From assembly GCF_009914755.1 (NCBI RefSeq), contig NC_060941.1: a stretch of DNA of 64,000 nt, one strand, 5' to 3'. Position 1 is the stretch's first letter. Every line of letters begins with the position of its first letter. The notes under the pieces were generated by a model. It was not told the DNA's origin and made no database searches. It worked only from the letters and a program-made list of their open reading frames with translations. Position numbers and translations under genes: made by a program. Source of the stretch: the human T2T-CHM13v2.0 reference genome, Homo sapiens. Below, piece after piece: positions 21,131 through 33,751 of this stretch.

Positions 21131-22813
21131 GTAATACTGACAACACTAATCATCTTTTTTATGGAGTGTTTCCTTGGTGCCAGGCAGTTCCTGCCCTCAA
21201 AGAGCCTCAAGAATATAGACTTCATGAAAACAGGGACGTTGGTTAGTTCACTGCTGTTTCCCCACCACCCCAGATAGTTCCTGGCACATATAGGTGCTCA
21301 ACAAATAGTTGAATGAGTGAATGAAAGCATGTCTTGGAGGAAACAGATGCTCACAATACCAGGTGATAAGAGCTGTACGTGATAGGAAATTGCAAAGCAA
21401 GTGACCAATAGTGAGGCTCACCAAATGCAAGCTTAGTCGGTGAAGGCTTCCCAGAGGAGGTGATTCCAGAGTTCACCCAGGGAAGCAAAGGTCAAGGGGT
21501 ATTTAGGGTAGGGGAAATAGTGCAAGTCCAGGCCTAGAGCTGAGGGAAAGCAAGGTGTACTGCCCACTCAGCTGTGTATCCCTGAGGAGAGCCAGAATTG
21601 TAGTCTGGGTATGAACAGATGACAGAGAGCAAGGTAGAGCAGGGGGAAAGGATATGAAGGAGCTTAGAACTCTCCCAGGAATGATCAGGAGTCCGGAAGA
21701 TTCTAAACAGTGGAAAGTCTGGTCTAATTAGCATATTAGAATTTGCCCTTTAGCTACATGATGGAGAAGGGAATAGAGGCAGAGATGCTCCTGATGGAGA
21801 CTAAGGGTTTGGACTTGCAGGGGATAAACTTCAGGAGCTGCCGAGAAGGTCCAGTTAGAGGGGATTTGCTGTCAAATGAGAGCTGCTGTCAGGAAGACGT
21901 CCTTATATTGGATGTAAGTGTCTGTGGACCCTTCAAGGGATGCATCTTTAAACCCAGAGCTGGAGGTGTAGACGTGTCACTTAGAAAGGACAGAAGCCAT
22001 TAGGATGAACAGACCTCCAGGGAGAGGATTGGGGGCTGCAGAGGCTTCTCCTCGGTGTCTCATTGGGAATTCTGAAGATGAAAGAATTCTCCAGAAAGTG
22101 GGTGGCTCTTTCTGGACCCTCTGCAGAGAGCTCTCTGAGCCAAATGTTATTCCTTATTTGGAAGCACTTTTTGATTGTTTTCACCACCCTCAGGGATCAG
22201 AGAAATGAAATGAATTTGTCCAAGGTCACATAACTCATCAAATTTAACTTGGGCTTCGCTCCAAACACTGGGCTCTGGCTTGTCAAGGCAAAGACAGTCT
22301 AGCTGATGAAGAAGAGCCTTCACGGCTGTCACCCGGCTGGTGTGAAAGGCCCAAGAGTTGGGGCTTGGTCCTATGGGCAACAAGAAGCCACAGAAGAGTT
22401 TTGAGCAGTTGAGTGTCACGGTCAGAACTGCCCTTTAGAAGGATCACTATGGACCACTGTGGAGGGTGGATAGAGTGAGTGAGACCCGAGGCAAGAAGAC
22501 AGGTGCTCTCTTGGTGTACAGGGGGTGCTGGGCGGGGTGGCCTGTTCTTTTGGGGCCCTCTCCTTCAGTCCTGGGGTCACCGTCTGTCTGGAAAGAGAGT
22601 TTGGACTTAGACAAACAGGCTCCAGGCACCAGGGGGGTCCTCCTGCGGCTGACTGCTGCTGTCATATCCAAGAGCTCTGAGCTGGGTCCCAGCCGTGGAC
22701 TCATTCCATGAGGAGTCATTCACATCCTTCACCCTGGAGACTAACAATAGCCTGTATTTACAGGACACTTGCTGAGTGTAGGGGTTGCTTGTATGGTCTG
22801 GAGACCAAGGTAG

Positions 22814-23137
<324 letters not shown>

Positions 23138-23184
23138 TAACTTTTGGTTTTGTCTGTGCTAACCTTTCCATTTGCCTGTTCCAG

Positions 23185-23480
23185 AGAATCCAGGAGTCCT
23201 GCCAAAGTGGCACCAAGTGGCTGGTGGAGACCCAGGTGAAGGCCAGGAGGCGGAAGAGAGGAGCACAGAAGGGCAGTGGATCCCCAACTCACAGCCTGAG
23301 CCAGAAGAGCACCCGGCTGTCTGGAGCCGCCCCTGCCCACTCAGCCGCAGACCCCTGGGAGAAGGAGCATCACCGCCTCTCTGTCCGGATGGGCTCACAT
23401 GCCCACCCATTACGGCGATCAAGGCGGGAGGCTGCCTTCCGGAGCCCCTACTCCTCAACAGAGCCCCTCTGCTCTCCCAG
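23185..23480 (+). CDS. PIMREG: PIMREG exon 3 (RIQESCQ...PLCSP), ends at a GC donor
   Basis: TTCCAG acceptor; CAG|GCAAGT donor; 296 nt, frame joins exon 4. Confidence 0.95.
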
Positions 23481-23677
23481 GCAAGTGGGATAGTGCTTCA
23501 CCCCGGGGCTGGTGGCCTTTTAACCTGGGCACAATCCCTGCTGTCTGACCTCCCAGACACCAACTGGGCCCTAGGGGTTTCTTGGCACCCCCTGTGGCTA
23601 CCTGGAGCCAGGGGCACCCTGAGCAGCGTCATATTGTATTATTATTATTCTTACTGTTAAATGTGTGTCCTGCTTTA

Positions 23678-24082
<405 letters not shown>

Positions 24083-25041
24083 TCAACTTTCCGGCTGAGT
24101 TCTAGGGGGAAATGGAGTGTGTTAGTTAAGGCTGCATAGTAGCTTAGGGCTGTTGAATTTTTCCCCAGATTTCTTTGAGGGCTAGCATCTTTCTTTAGCC
24201 TAATAGGAACTTTGAGCTGTAATTAAGGCAGGCTCTGTTTGTCCCATTTGACAGGTAAGGAAACGGAGGTCCGGAGGGGTTTGGTGATTAGCCTGAGGGT
24301 CATCCTGTAAGAAATAGAGGAGTAAAGGCTGGGGTCCAGATCATCTGGATGTTCTGCCCCACCGATCAAGCTGGCCTGCCTTGCAGAATCTTCTAGTTCT
24401 CAGACAGGCCCAGAAAGTGGCCTGGCTCAGGGCAGGGGGTGAAGCTCATCCCAATCGGCAGTCCCTGGCAGTTTCCTGGTCCCATCTCGGAGCTCTCAGG
24501 GAAGGCTGCCTAGCCGCTGCACCTGTGTTGTGGCAGGTAGTCACCAGGATGCATGTAAGTGACCAGGTGGCTCTTTGCAAACCTGTAAGCTAAAATAAGG
24601 CTTGTGTACACTTCAAAAATACTCTCCACATCTGTATTCTGACCCGGTTCCGCGTCCAGAGCCAGCAGGGGACCTGAGAAAATCCTTTAGGACCTTAGTT
24701 TCTCTGTCCGTAAAGGAAGAGCTGAGTTTAGTTCTGACACAATCACACTCACCCAAGCCTCCTAGTGAGCCCAGAAGCAAGTTTTGAAGCCACCTGGAGA
24801 GCTGAGGCTCAGTTTCCAAGTGGGGAAGCTGCAAAATCACTTGCCCGTGACCTTGGCCTCGTGGATCTTGATCTTCTCTCTGTTTGTCGCTCTGAGGTCA
24901 CCTCCTGGAGTGAGGGTCTGGAGTGAAGCCCAGCCCGCCAGGGTCATCTGGGCCCACAGACCACACCCCGGTACCGGGTTGCAAGGGTCTCCTGCCGGGA
25001 GTTTCCAACTAGTCACTGGTGTGGCTTTTTCTTTCATGCAG

Positions 25042-25137
25042 CGAGTCTGACAGTGACCTAGAGCCTGTGGGGGCGGGAATTCAGCATCTCCAGAAGCTGT
25101 CCCAAGAGCTAGATGAAGCCATTATGGCGGAAGAGAG
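25042..25137 (+). CDS. PIMREG: PIMREG exon 4 (SESDSDLEP...IMAEE)
   Basis: TTTCATGCAG acceptor; GTGAGT donor; 96 nt. Confidence 0.96.
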
Positions 25138-25757
25138 GTGAGTTGGCATCCCATGCTTCAAAGTGAAGGGGCCGGGAGGGCCCCTCCAGCCATCTTTGTA
25201 GGCAGGCGTTGGTTCTGCTCTGACCTGCTGTGTGACCCTGGCCAGTCTCTGCCCCTCTCTGGGCCTCAGTCTTCCTCATCTCAAACATGAGAAAGGACAA
25301 AATCCTGGACTGGGGTGATGGTAAAGGATGTAGCCTGAATGTGTGTGGTCTTCTGGGCCTTGGGACCCCATGTTTGTCCATCACTTGGAACCTCACGTGT
25401 GGCTGGTTCCTGAAAAACCTGCCCTTCCTCCAGAACTCTCCGTGGCTCGTCTGTGCCCTGCCTGCCTATGGAATTGGGAAAAGCAACCTGACTGCTATGG
25501 AGTTCCTGGTCTGTCTGCTCATGGCCCCATCCTGGGGGCAGGGCCTCGGTTGTGGACCTCCCCTAACTTGGGGCTGTTTCCCCATTCCACTTGTATAATG
25601 GCCATGATGGGCTCTAAGGCTGGGCCCTGCCAGCTCTATGTGTTGAGGGGCCATATTCCTACCACATTTCCGGGTCTGATCTTGTGTAGCTCAGGCTGGG
25701 AGGGCCCTCTCAGAGCCCACCACACCCAGTGGCATCAATCCCTCCCCTTCTCTCTAG

Positions 25758-25788
25758 TGGTGACATCGTCTCTCTCATTCATGACTGA
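25758..25788 (+). CDS. PIMREG: PIMREG cassette exon 5 coding part (SGDIVSLIHD*), 238-aa isoform; exon spans 25758-25802
   Basis: CTCTCTAG acceptor, TGA 25786-25788, donor GTAAT at 25803. Confidence 0.9.
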
Positions 25789-26091
25789 GGAAGTGCCTGC
25801 AGGTAATGCCCACCTCCCAAGAGTCTTTCTCACTGTCCTTCTCCTCCATCTCATGCATGAGCAAGTTAAAGAAAAAGCCCACAGAGCTGATGGGCACAGC
25901 AGAGTAGGTAGTACCTACTTGCCGCTTGAAGCCAGAGCTGCTAACCTCACTGACCCCGTCATTAACAGCACGCTGGGGGCCCCAAGTAGCTACAGCCACC
26001 TTCCAGCACCCCCCACCCCGCAGTGAGCAGGGAAAGGCATCCCTACTTCTCCTACCTTGAGCACAGTGAAAAAGGCAGCTCTGTCTTGCAG

Positions 26092-26152
26092 GAAACAAGC
26101 CCTGTCTGACCGCCAAGGCTTCATACTCAAGGATGTCTATGCTTCCCCGTGA
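26092..26152 (+). CDS. PIMREG: PIMREG last exon coding part (RKQALSDRQGFILKDVYASP*), 248-aa isoform
   Basis: TCTTGCAG acceptor; TGA 26150-26152. Confidence 0.9.
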
Positions 26153-26773
26153 GCTTCCTGGAAAAAACCCCCGGGAGTCGTCAGTACCCCTGGGCCACTG
26201 CTAACAAGCACCTAACAAGGGGCCCAGAGCCCCCTGCTCCAGCCACATCTGGACCCATCAGTGACTGCCTGCCATAGCCTGAGAGTGTCTTGGGGAGACC
26301 TTGCAGAGGGGGAGAATTGTTCCTTCTGCTTTCCTAGGGGACTCTTGAGCTTAGAAACTCATCGTACACTTGACCTTGAGCCTTCTATTTGCCTCATCTA
26401 TAACATGAAGTGCTAGCATCAGATATTTGAGAGCTCTTAGCTCTGTACCCGGGTGCCTGGTTTTTGGGGAGTCATCCGCAGAGTCACTCACCCACTGTGT
26501 TTCTGGTGCCAAGGCTCTTGAGGGCCCCACTCTCATCCCTCCTTTCCCTACCAGGGACTCGGAGGAAGGCATAGGAGATATTTCCAGGCTTACGACCCTG
26601 GGCTCACGGGTACCTATTTATATGCTCAGTGCAGAGCACTGTGGATGTGCCAGGAGGGGTAGCCCTGTTCAAGAGCAATTTCTGCCCTTTGTAAATTATT
26701 TAAGAAACCTGCTTTGTCATTTTATTAGAAAGAAACCAGCATGTGACTTTCCTAGATAACACTGCTTTCTCAT

Positions 26774-26779
26774 AATAAA
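26774..26779 (+). terminator. PIMREG polyadenylation signal AATAAA
   Basis: Canonical hexamer at the end of the 3'UTR with T-rich sequence downstream. Confidence 0.85.
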
Positions 26780-27009
26780 GACTATTTGCATTTGACATCT
26801 GTTCCCTTTCACCGGCAACCTCCAACCTCCCCCGCCCTCCCACACCACTCTGGGCTATAGATTTGTAATTTGTGGTTTGGGGTCTGGCCCTCATCCACCT
26901 CTGCTCCGAGCCAGTCTGCCCCCAATCCCACCCCAGGGAGAACATGTAGAAAGGGAAAGGTTTCTCAACTTAGTTCAGACCAAAACACATTGTAAAGGCA
27001 AAGAAGGTT

Positions 27010-27015
27010 TTTATT
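27010..27015 (-). terminator. PITPNM3 polyadenylation signal AATAAA
   Basis: tttatt on +; sense-strand downstream TGTGTTTTGG GU-rich element. Confidence 0.8.
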
Positions 27016-28672
27016 TAAGTGACAACATTTGAGAGCTAAAAACCAGCTCACATCAAAATCAAGACCCAGTTGTAAAAATCTTTTAACTCCATAATGCTGT
27101 TTTTGTCTTGTTAGAAATCTGATATCTTACATTAGCGTTTCTAACGGATTTTGTACAAGGCAGCCATAAGGAATATAATAAACCTTTTTCACCACAGAAC
27201 CATCTGTCACAGATAATACTGAAAGTTACACACTTAGGAACAGTCAGACCACAGACAAGGTCAGACTGGCTGCCACCACCAAGTAAACAACTAGAAAAGG
27301 ACAGCGGGGTCCAAGGGTGGGGGTCCCTGTGCACGAGTCGCCCTCCTCTGGCCTGCCCCCCCTCGGGTCACCTGCTTCTCCTTTGCCCCAAAGAGGGTGG
27401 AGTCAAATGCAGATTTTCCTCCCAACTGCCTGTTAGTGTCTCAACAAGGAGAGCAGAGCCCAGGTCAGGCCTCACTGCTTGGACTTAACCCTAACTATGA
27501 TTTTTACGAAGGTTCCCCCAAGCCCGGAAGGAAAGGAAGGAGGGAATGTTTCTTTTGGCTGAGCCAAAAGACAATAGGTTTCCAGGGCACTTGGCACCCA
27601 AACCCCCCCCCCCCCCCCGCCAGATGGGATTCGGTGGGAAAGTTGGTTGTTTAAGGCGGGGTCAGGGCACCCCTCCCGGGGCTGCACCTGGGCTAGGGGG
27701 GAGAGTGAGGATGCAGAGGACCCACGTGCCTCATGAAAGACTCCAGGGCACAGGTATGGGTCCCAAAGGGGTAAAAATACAGTTTAAAAACCGTGAGATC
27801 CAGCCTCGCCTCTTCTAGACAGCCCACCGCCAGGAATCTCTGGAATACTGGGATTCAAACACATTTGTTTGCTGTAGCCCAGCACCCAGACAAGAGGGCC
27901 GTTCATCCCAATGCATGAAAGGAGTCTGCTTTTTTAAAAAAGAAATATTTTATGGAGCCCAAGGGAGCCGTTGAGATCTTTAGGAAAAAACCCATGATGC
28001 TGGAAGAGCAGGTCCTGGGCTAAGGATGCACCCTGAACCCCAACAGGGCAAATGATAAAGGAAGGTGGCAGGCAGGCCCTCGGCTATGACAGCCACCGGA
28101 TCGGGAAGAACAAACATGCCACGCAAGAAACAAGGAGCTTTGGTCAGGCAGGAAGATCTGTTTCCAGCTGCTGGAGAGCAGGCATACCAGAAGCTAGAAG
28201 GATTCTCTACAAAACAGCTGGATTGGGGGTCACAGAACTACTCAAGGAGAGGCAGCAGCACCCCCTCCAGAGAACAACACAACTTGGTTCTTTCTCCAAC
28301 TTAACCGGACAGACAAAACTGAGCAAACCGCTAGTGTAGAAAGAGCATATGCATTACACAGTTGCCGTGAAAGCAGTACTGAAACATACCTTGTCTCGCC
28401 ACTAAACAGAACCGCAGGTACACACTCACACACGCCAACTACAGCTCCAGTTGTTGCGTTCACAATATCTCACCGTACACCATCAGCATCTTGTGTGTGC
28501 ATCATCAGCCAAAGCCCCGATCCTCCTACCTGATTGCTGCTTGGAACCAGAGCTGTTTCCAAAAGGAAGGGGTGGTGGCCCTCCTGCTGGGTCCTGTGTC
28601 CCAGCTCTGACCCCAGAGCCACAGAACCCTGGTCACACTGACTTCAAATTCCCCAGGGATCCTGGCTCATGA

Positions 28673-28900
28673 GCTCTCTCTCTCTCTTCCTCTCTCTCTC
28701 TCTCTTCCTCTCTCTCTCTCTCTGTCTTCCTTTCTCTCTCTCTCTCTCTCTGCCTTCCTGTCTTTCTCCCTCTCTCTCTCTGCCTTCCTCTCTCTGTCTT
28801 CCTTTCTTTCCTCTGTCTTCCTTTCTTTCTCTCTCTCTTTCTCTCTCCCTCTCTCTCTCTCTCTCTCCCTCTCTCTCTTTCTCTCTCCCTCTCCCTCTCT
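28673..28900. repeat. CT-rich microsatellite (GA-rich in mRNA) in the PITPNM3 3'UTR
   Basis: Direct reading. Confidence 0.92.
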
Positions 28901-31062
28901 CGCCTAGCCTGGGGTTCTCAGGGAAGAGGGAATGTAACTGGGAGCAAAGTACCCCATACTAATTATTTTATCACTTTAGTGTAACCAGTGCCTTCTGCAA
29001 AAAGGAGATGGTAGAGTTTTCAAGAATCAGACTAAGTCTGCCCAAGTTTAAATCAGGATATTTGGGGGAAGGATTAGGGTTGGGGTGGCTATGCCATATG
29101 AGCTGGTGCCTTTGGAAAGCCAAGAACTGTGAAATGTTAAAGGGGGGATGGGCACCTGTGAACCGCCAGGAGACAGGACCATAGAGGAGGCTGAGGCTGA
29201 GGCTGAGGCTGAGCCTGATCCACACTCCTCCCCATAGACTCGCCAGCAGCCCTGGGCTTGAGTGCAGGATGCAGCACTGGAAGTAGAGCAGAAGAGCTGG
29301 CAGACTGAAGACACATTTCTAGTGGGGAGAGCAGGGATGGGGGTTAGGAGCCCAGACCCCTCCAGCCCCAGGAGGGCACCCAATTTGCCAGGCAATTCAC
29401 AACGGCGGTGCCAGCCGCCCCCACCAGCAGCGTCACTGGCTGCATGGGAGCCGCGAGAGGTAGACATTGAGCAGAAGCGACACTGAGCTGACACAGGTGC
29501 CTGCTGTGTATACAGACGTCTGGGCCCTGGGGCAGCCTGGCTGAAATTGCTGGGACCGGCCTTGATGGCAGCCTATGGGGGCTCAGTGGCCACGTGGGCA
29601 GCCCCACACAGCAGGTGTGGGCCTGGGCCAGGGAGTCGGGGTTTTCCAGGATGCAGGAAAGCAGTGCCCAGGCCAAGGTTCAGCAGCAGGAGGGCCTGAG
29701 CAGGCTTTAGGGGCCCCAGAAGGGCCAAGTCCTGCCAACCTCAGGGGACTACCCAGGAGGAGGTTATGGGCACAAACTGAGCAGCAGGGGAAAGGGAAGA
29801 GAATACAACAGTTGGAGCCAAACTTCCAGGAACCCCTAGAACCCTGGAATCTCAGCTCTATGCCTCTGGGAGCCAAAAAGGATAAAAGGGTCCTGGCAGA
29901 GCTGGGGTTATGGGGAGCCCAATCAGTAACCTTTTGGCAGGAGAGGGAGGTGGGTTGTCCCTAGGACACCCAGTTTGAGTGGGTTGTCCCTGGGACACGC
30001 AGTGCAAGGCAAACCAGCTGCACCTCTCCGTGGAGTAGGGATCCCTTCCCAGCCCACCCAGAGAGGCTCCTTTAAGAGCCCCTCCTTTCCAGCCCACCCA
30101 GACCCCCTCTCCCAGGCTGTGTGAAAGGTGTGGGTCACAGGACACTCGGAGGGACCCTTAGGCCTGAAGAGCCTCAATGGGCCAAACTGCAGGACATCTT
30201 GGGAGTCAAAGACTCACACCAATCTCAGCTAGGGGGACCCCTCCAATAACAGAAGGAAGACGGAGCCCAGAGAGGGCAAGCAACCAGCTCAGGGGCTCAC
30301 AGCCAGCCCAGCTGAGCCAGAGCCCAAGGCTGCAGCCTCCCAAGGGAGGGCATGAGGCAGGGCTCCGGGAAGAGGAAGCCCTGGCCTCCAGGGCCACAGG
30401 GAAATGGTGAGGACACTGAGAACAACGGGGGTTGGGGACAATGGACAGCTGCAGGACAGACCGTCAGCACCAGACCCCACCCCCCGAGGGCTGTGGACAG
30501 AGACGGGGTAACATGAGCCCGGGGATGTGCTCTCACTCCCAGAAAGTGGCCATCTTGCCATAAGAGCGCCAACCCCAAAATGGTGACCCAAACCACAGGA
30601 AGGGCGGGCACAAATGCCACTCACACCTCCACAAGACAGCCCAGAGGCTGTGCCTGCCAGCGGCGCTTGGTGCCGAGGCTGGGGCTGCCCCCTTGAGGGC
30701 CTGCCTAGCTCGCTGTGAAGCCTGGGGACGCAGGAGGGTGGTCGACTTTGCCCAAACGCTTCAGCCCCGGGCAAGCCTGCCCCCAGGATGACACAAACAT
30801 GAACCCTGACTTGGGCTTGCGGTCGCAGGCCCGTGGGAGGCAGCAGTGGCTGCACCGAGATCCCCGGACCTCACCCCGTCGCAGCTCAGGGAGCCCCCCG
30901 GGCTCGGGCAGGATCCCTCCCCGCTCTGGTCGGACACTGCTGGACAGACACGGGAGGGAAAAAGCAGGAAAACGCCTGTGTCGGGGAGAGGGCAGCCCCC
31001 TCCCGTCCCCGCAGGCAGCCTGATTGGGCCCCCCGCTCCCTGCTCTGAGCACAGCCCACCCC

Positions 31063-31368
31063 TCAGGGCACCGACTCGAACTTGGGGGGCCCACGCGCCC
31101 AGCTGAGCGCCGGCAGCGGCCGCTCGTGGTCTTTGTCCGACTCGGGCTGGCTCTGGGCCCGCTCGGGCTTGGGGTTGGCGGCGGGCGGGTCGGGCTGCTG
31201 CACTGACATGGTTCTGCGCAGGTGGTTGCGCTTCCGCAGGAACTCTGGCTGCGCGTGCAGCCCGAAGCTGCCCTTGCGCAGGATCATGCGCGAGTTGTTC
31301 TTCTTTGGGCGTGAGCGGTGGCTGGCCTCCAGCGCGGCCAGGTGTGCGGCGTAGCCCTCGCTCAGGAA
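31063..31368 (-). CDS. PITPNM3: PITPNM3 exon 20 coding part (FLSEGYAAHL...FESVP*)
   Basis: CGCAG acceptor; TGA at 31065-31063. Confidence 0.97.
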   Translation of the reverse strand, partial: FLSEGYAAHLAALEASHRSRPKKNNSRMILRKGSFGLHAQPEFLRKRNHLRRTMSVQQPDPPAANPKPERAQSQPESDKDHERPLPALSWARGPPKFESVP

Positions 31369-31374
31369 CTGCGG

Positions 31375-31822
31375 AGGGCAGGGGAGGGCAGGGGAGGGCA
31401 GGGCAGGGCAGCAGCGCAGGGGGAAGAAGGGAGGGGAGGGGGAAGAGGGGAGGGGAGGGGGAAGAGGGGAGGGGGAAGAGGGGAGGGGAGGAGATGGGAG
31501 GGGGAAGAGGGGAAGGGAGGGGAGGGGGAATAGGGGAGGGGAGAGGAGGGAAGAGGGAAGAGGGGAGGGGAGGGGGAAGAGGGGAAGGGAGGGGAGGGGG
31601 AAGAGGGGAAGGGAGGGGAGGGGGAAGAGGGGAAGGGAGGGGAGGGGGAAGAGGGGAAGGGAGGGGAGGGGGAAGAGGGGAAGGGAGGGGAGGGGGAAGA
31701 GGGGAAGGGGGGAGGGGAGAGGAGGGAAGGGGGAAGAGGGGATGGGAGGGGAAGAGGGGAGGGGAGGGGAGGGAGAAGAAGGGAAGCGGAAGAAGGGAAG
31801 GGAGAGGAGGGGAGGGGAAGGG
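31375..31822. repeat. Polypurine tract with a 24-bp unit GGGAGGGGAGGGGGAAGAGGGGAA
   Basis: Direct reading; about 6 near-perfect units in the core. Confidence 0.93.
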
Positions 31823-32039
31823 ACAGGCATCAGGCGGAGGGGTGGGGCAGGCCCCTTATCCTGATCCTGTCCCCATCATTTCCCGGGAACACTCTACGGA
31901 GGCACCTCCAGCTTCTCCAAGGAACCCTGGGGAAGTCGGGAGCTCTTTACTGTTCCAGGGTCCCCATCCTGCTTTGGACAACCATGCATCTCTACCTGTA
32001 CCCATGGGTCACACCAGAGTTCTCTGGATTTTCTTTCCT

Positions 32040-32343
32040 ATTTTATTTTAATTAATTAATTAATTTATTTGAGAAAGGGTCTCGCTGTGTCGCCCAGGCT
32101 GGAGTGCAGTAGCCCAGTCTCAGCTCACCGCAGTCTCAACTTCGCCAGCTCAAGCAATACTCCAGCCTCAGCCTCCCGAGTAACTGGGACCACGGGTACA
32201 TGCCACCATGCCCAGCTCATTTTTTAAATTTTTTGTAGAAACAGCGTCTTGCTATGTTGCCAGGGCTGGCCTTGAACCCTGGGCTCAAGCAATCCTGCGT
32301 ATCAAAGCACCAGGATTACAGGCATGAGCCAGGGTGCTTGGCC
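32040..32343 (-). mobile_element. AluJ-like
   Basis: Diverged Alu consensus. Confidence 0.88.
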
Positions 32344-33622
32344 TCTGGATTCTTGAGGGTGGGGAAGCGCCCATCCTTGTCACTTGGCTCACTAGAATCC
32401 TGCAAAGTCCCTCCCGTCACGCAGCCTCACCATGCCTCTTGTCATTTTTCTGAGCCCTGCGACTGCCCTCCTTGCCAGTCCTTCTGGCTGTGTCCAGAGC
32501 CTTGCTACTCAATATGTGGTCCATGGACTCTGGCAGCATCAACACCACCTGGCACCTTGTCAGGCAGAACTTCCGGCCCTCTCCCCGCCCCTAGGCCTAT
32601 GGAATCAGAATATGCATGTCAACAAGATCTCCAGGTGATGCTTGTGCACTTCAGAGTTTGAGAAGCAGGGCCTCTGAGTTCCCAACTGGGAGACGCCACC
32701 ATCTCCTGACCCTCTACCCGCGGGTCACTCTCAGGCATTGCACACTTGACATGCCCCAGAGGGAGGTCAACTCCTTCCCTTCCACCTGCTGCGCGATTCC
32801 AATAGTGGCACCTCCTACGTGGTCACCCAAGCCACAGACCAAGTAGCTGTCCTCCACCTTCCCTTTCTCTCATCCTGCACATCTGATCTGGGCATTACCA
32901 AACCCAATCCATCCCCTACCAAAAAATGCCTCTCAGACCCTCCACTTTCTCTTCAATGTCCTCTCGGCTTTTCTTTCCTTCCTCTGAACCACCTGCCACC
33001 TGCAGCCTGAGGGAGCTTCCTGAATCACACACCTGCTCATCCCACACCCTCTCAGAGTCCCCACACAGGCCATCTTGGCCGCACTGACCGTTCTAGCCCC
33101 GCCCCCCCACCTCCCAGCTCACGTCCCATGCAGCCAAGCTGAGTCACTGGCAGTTCCCAGAATATACATGTTCTGTGTCACCTCCTGACCTTGGCTTTTG
33201 CTGCTGCCTCTGTCACAAATATTCTTCTCAATCTCAGGCCCTTCCTGGACCATTCCTTCAAATTCCGGAAACCCAACCTTGCCCTGGAGTCTGGGTTAGC
33301 GGTCCCTCTCCAGGGCCCCACAGTTCCCTGTGCTCCCGTCATACATCATGGCACTTGTTACACTCCACTGTCACCAACTGCAAATGTGTCCATCTCGCCA
33401 CTACACTGAAGTTCATTGCATCTGGCTCCACTTGGGATTCTCCCCCTGCACCCAACACAGGCCCTGGCCCAAGGCAGGCACCCCGAAGTGTTTGTTGAAT
33501 AAATGAATGAGCAAATGGGGGAATGAACAAATGAATGAATGAATGAATGAAGTGCTTACTCCCTCTATCCCTTTCCCTGACCTCCCTCACAACTCCCCGC
33601 CTCCAGCCCCGCCTCCACCCAC

Positions 33623-33751
33623 CTGGCACTGGGTTTGGTACTTCTTGGTGGGCCGGCCCACAATGAAGATCTGGGAGGCAGGCAGGCCCAGCACGCTGTA
33701 GACAGAGATGTCCTTCGTGGAGCCATAGGCCGCACTGATTTTGATGAAGCA
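33623..33751 (-). CDS. PITPNM3: PITPNM3 exon 19 (CFIKISAAYGS...QTQCQ)
   Basis: AG/GT bounded, 129 nt. Confidence 0.97.

Noticed and set aside
31305-32051. 248-aa Gly/Arg/Glu ORF (+) and the Pro/Leu/Ser-rich 5' extension of the 255-aa ORF (-)
   Set aside because: Translations of the stop-free polypurine repeat; only 31063-31368 is exon
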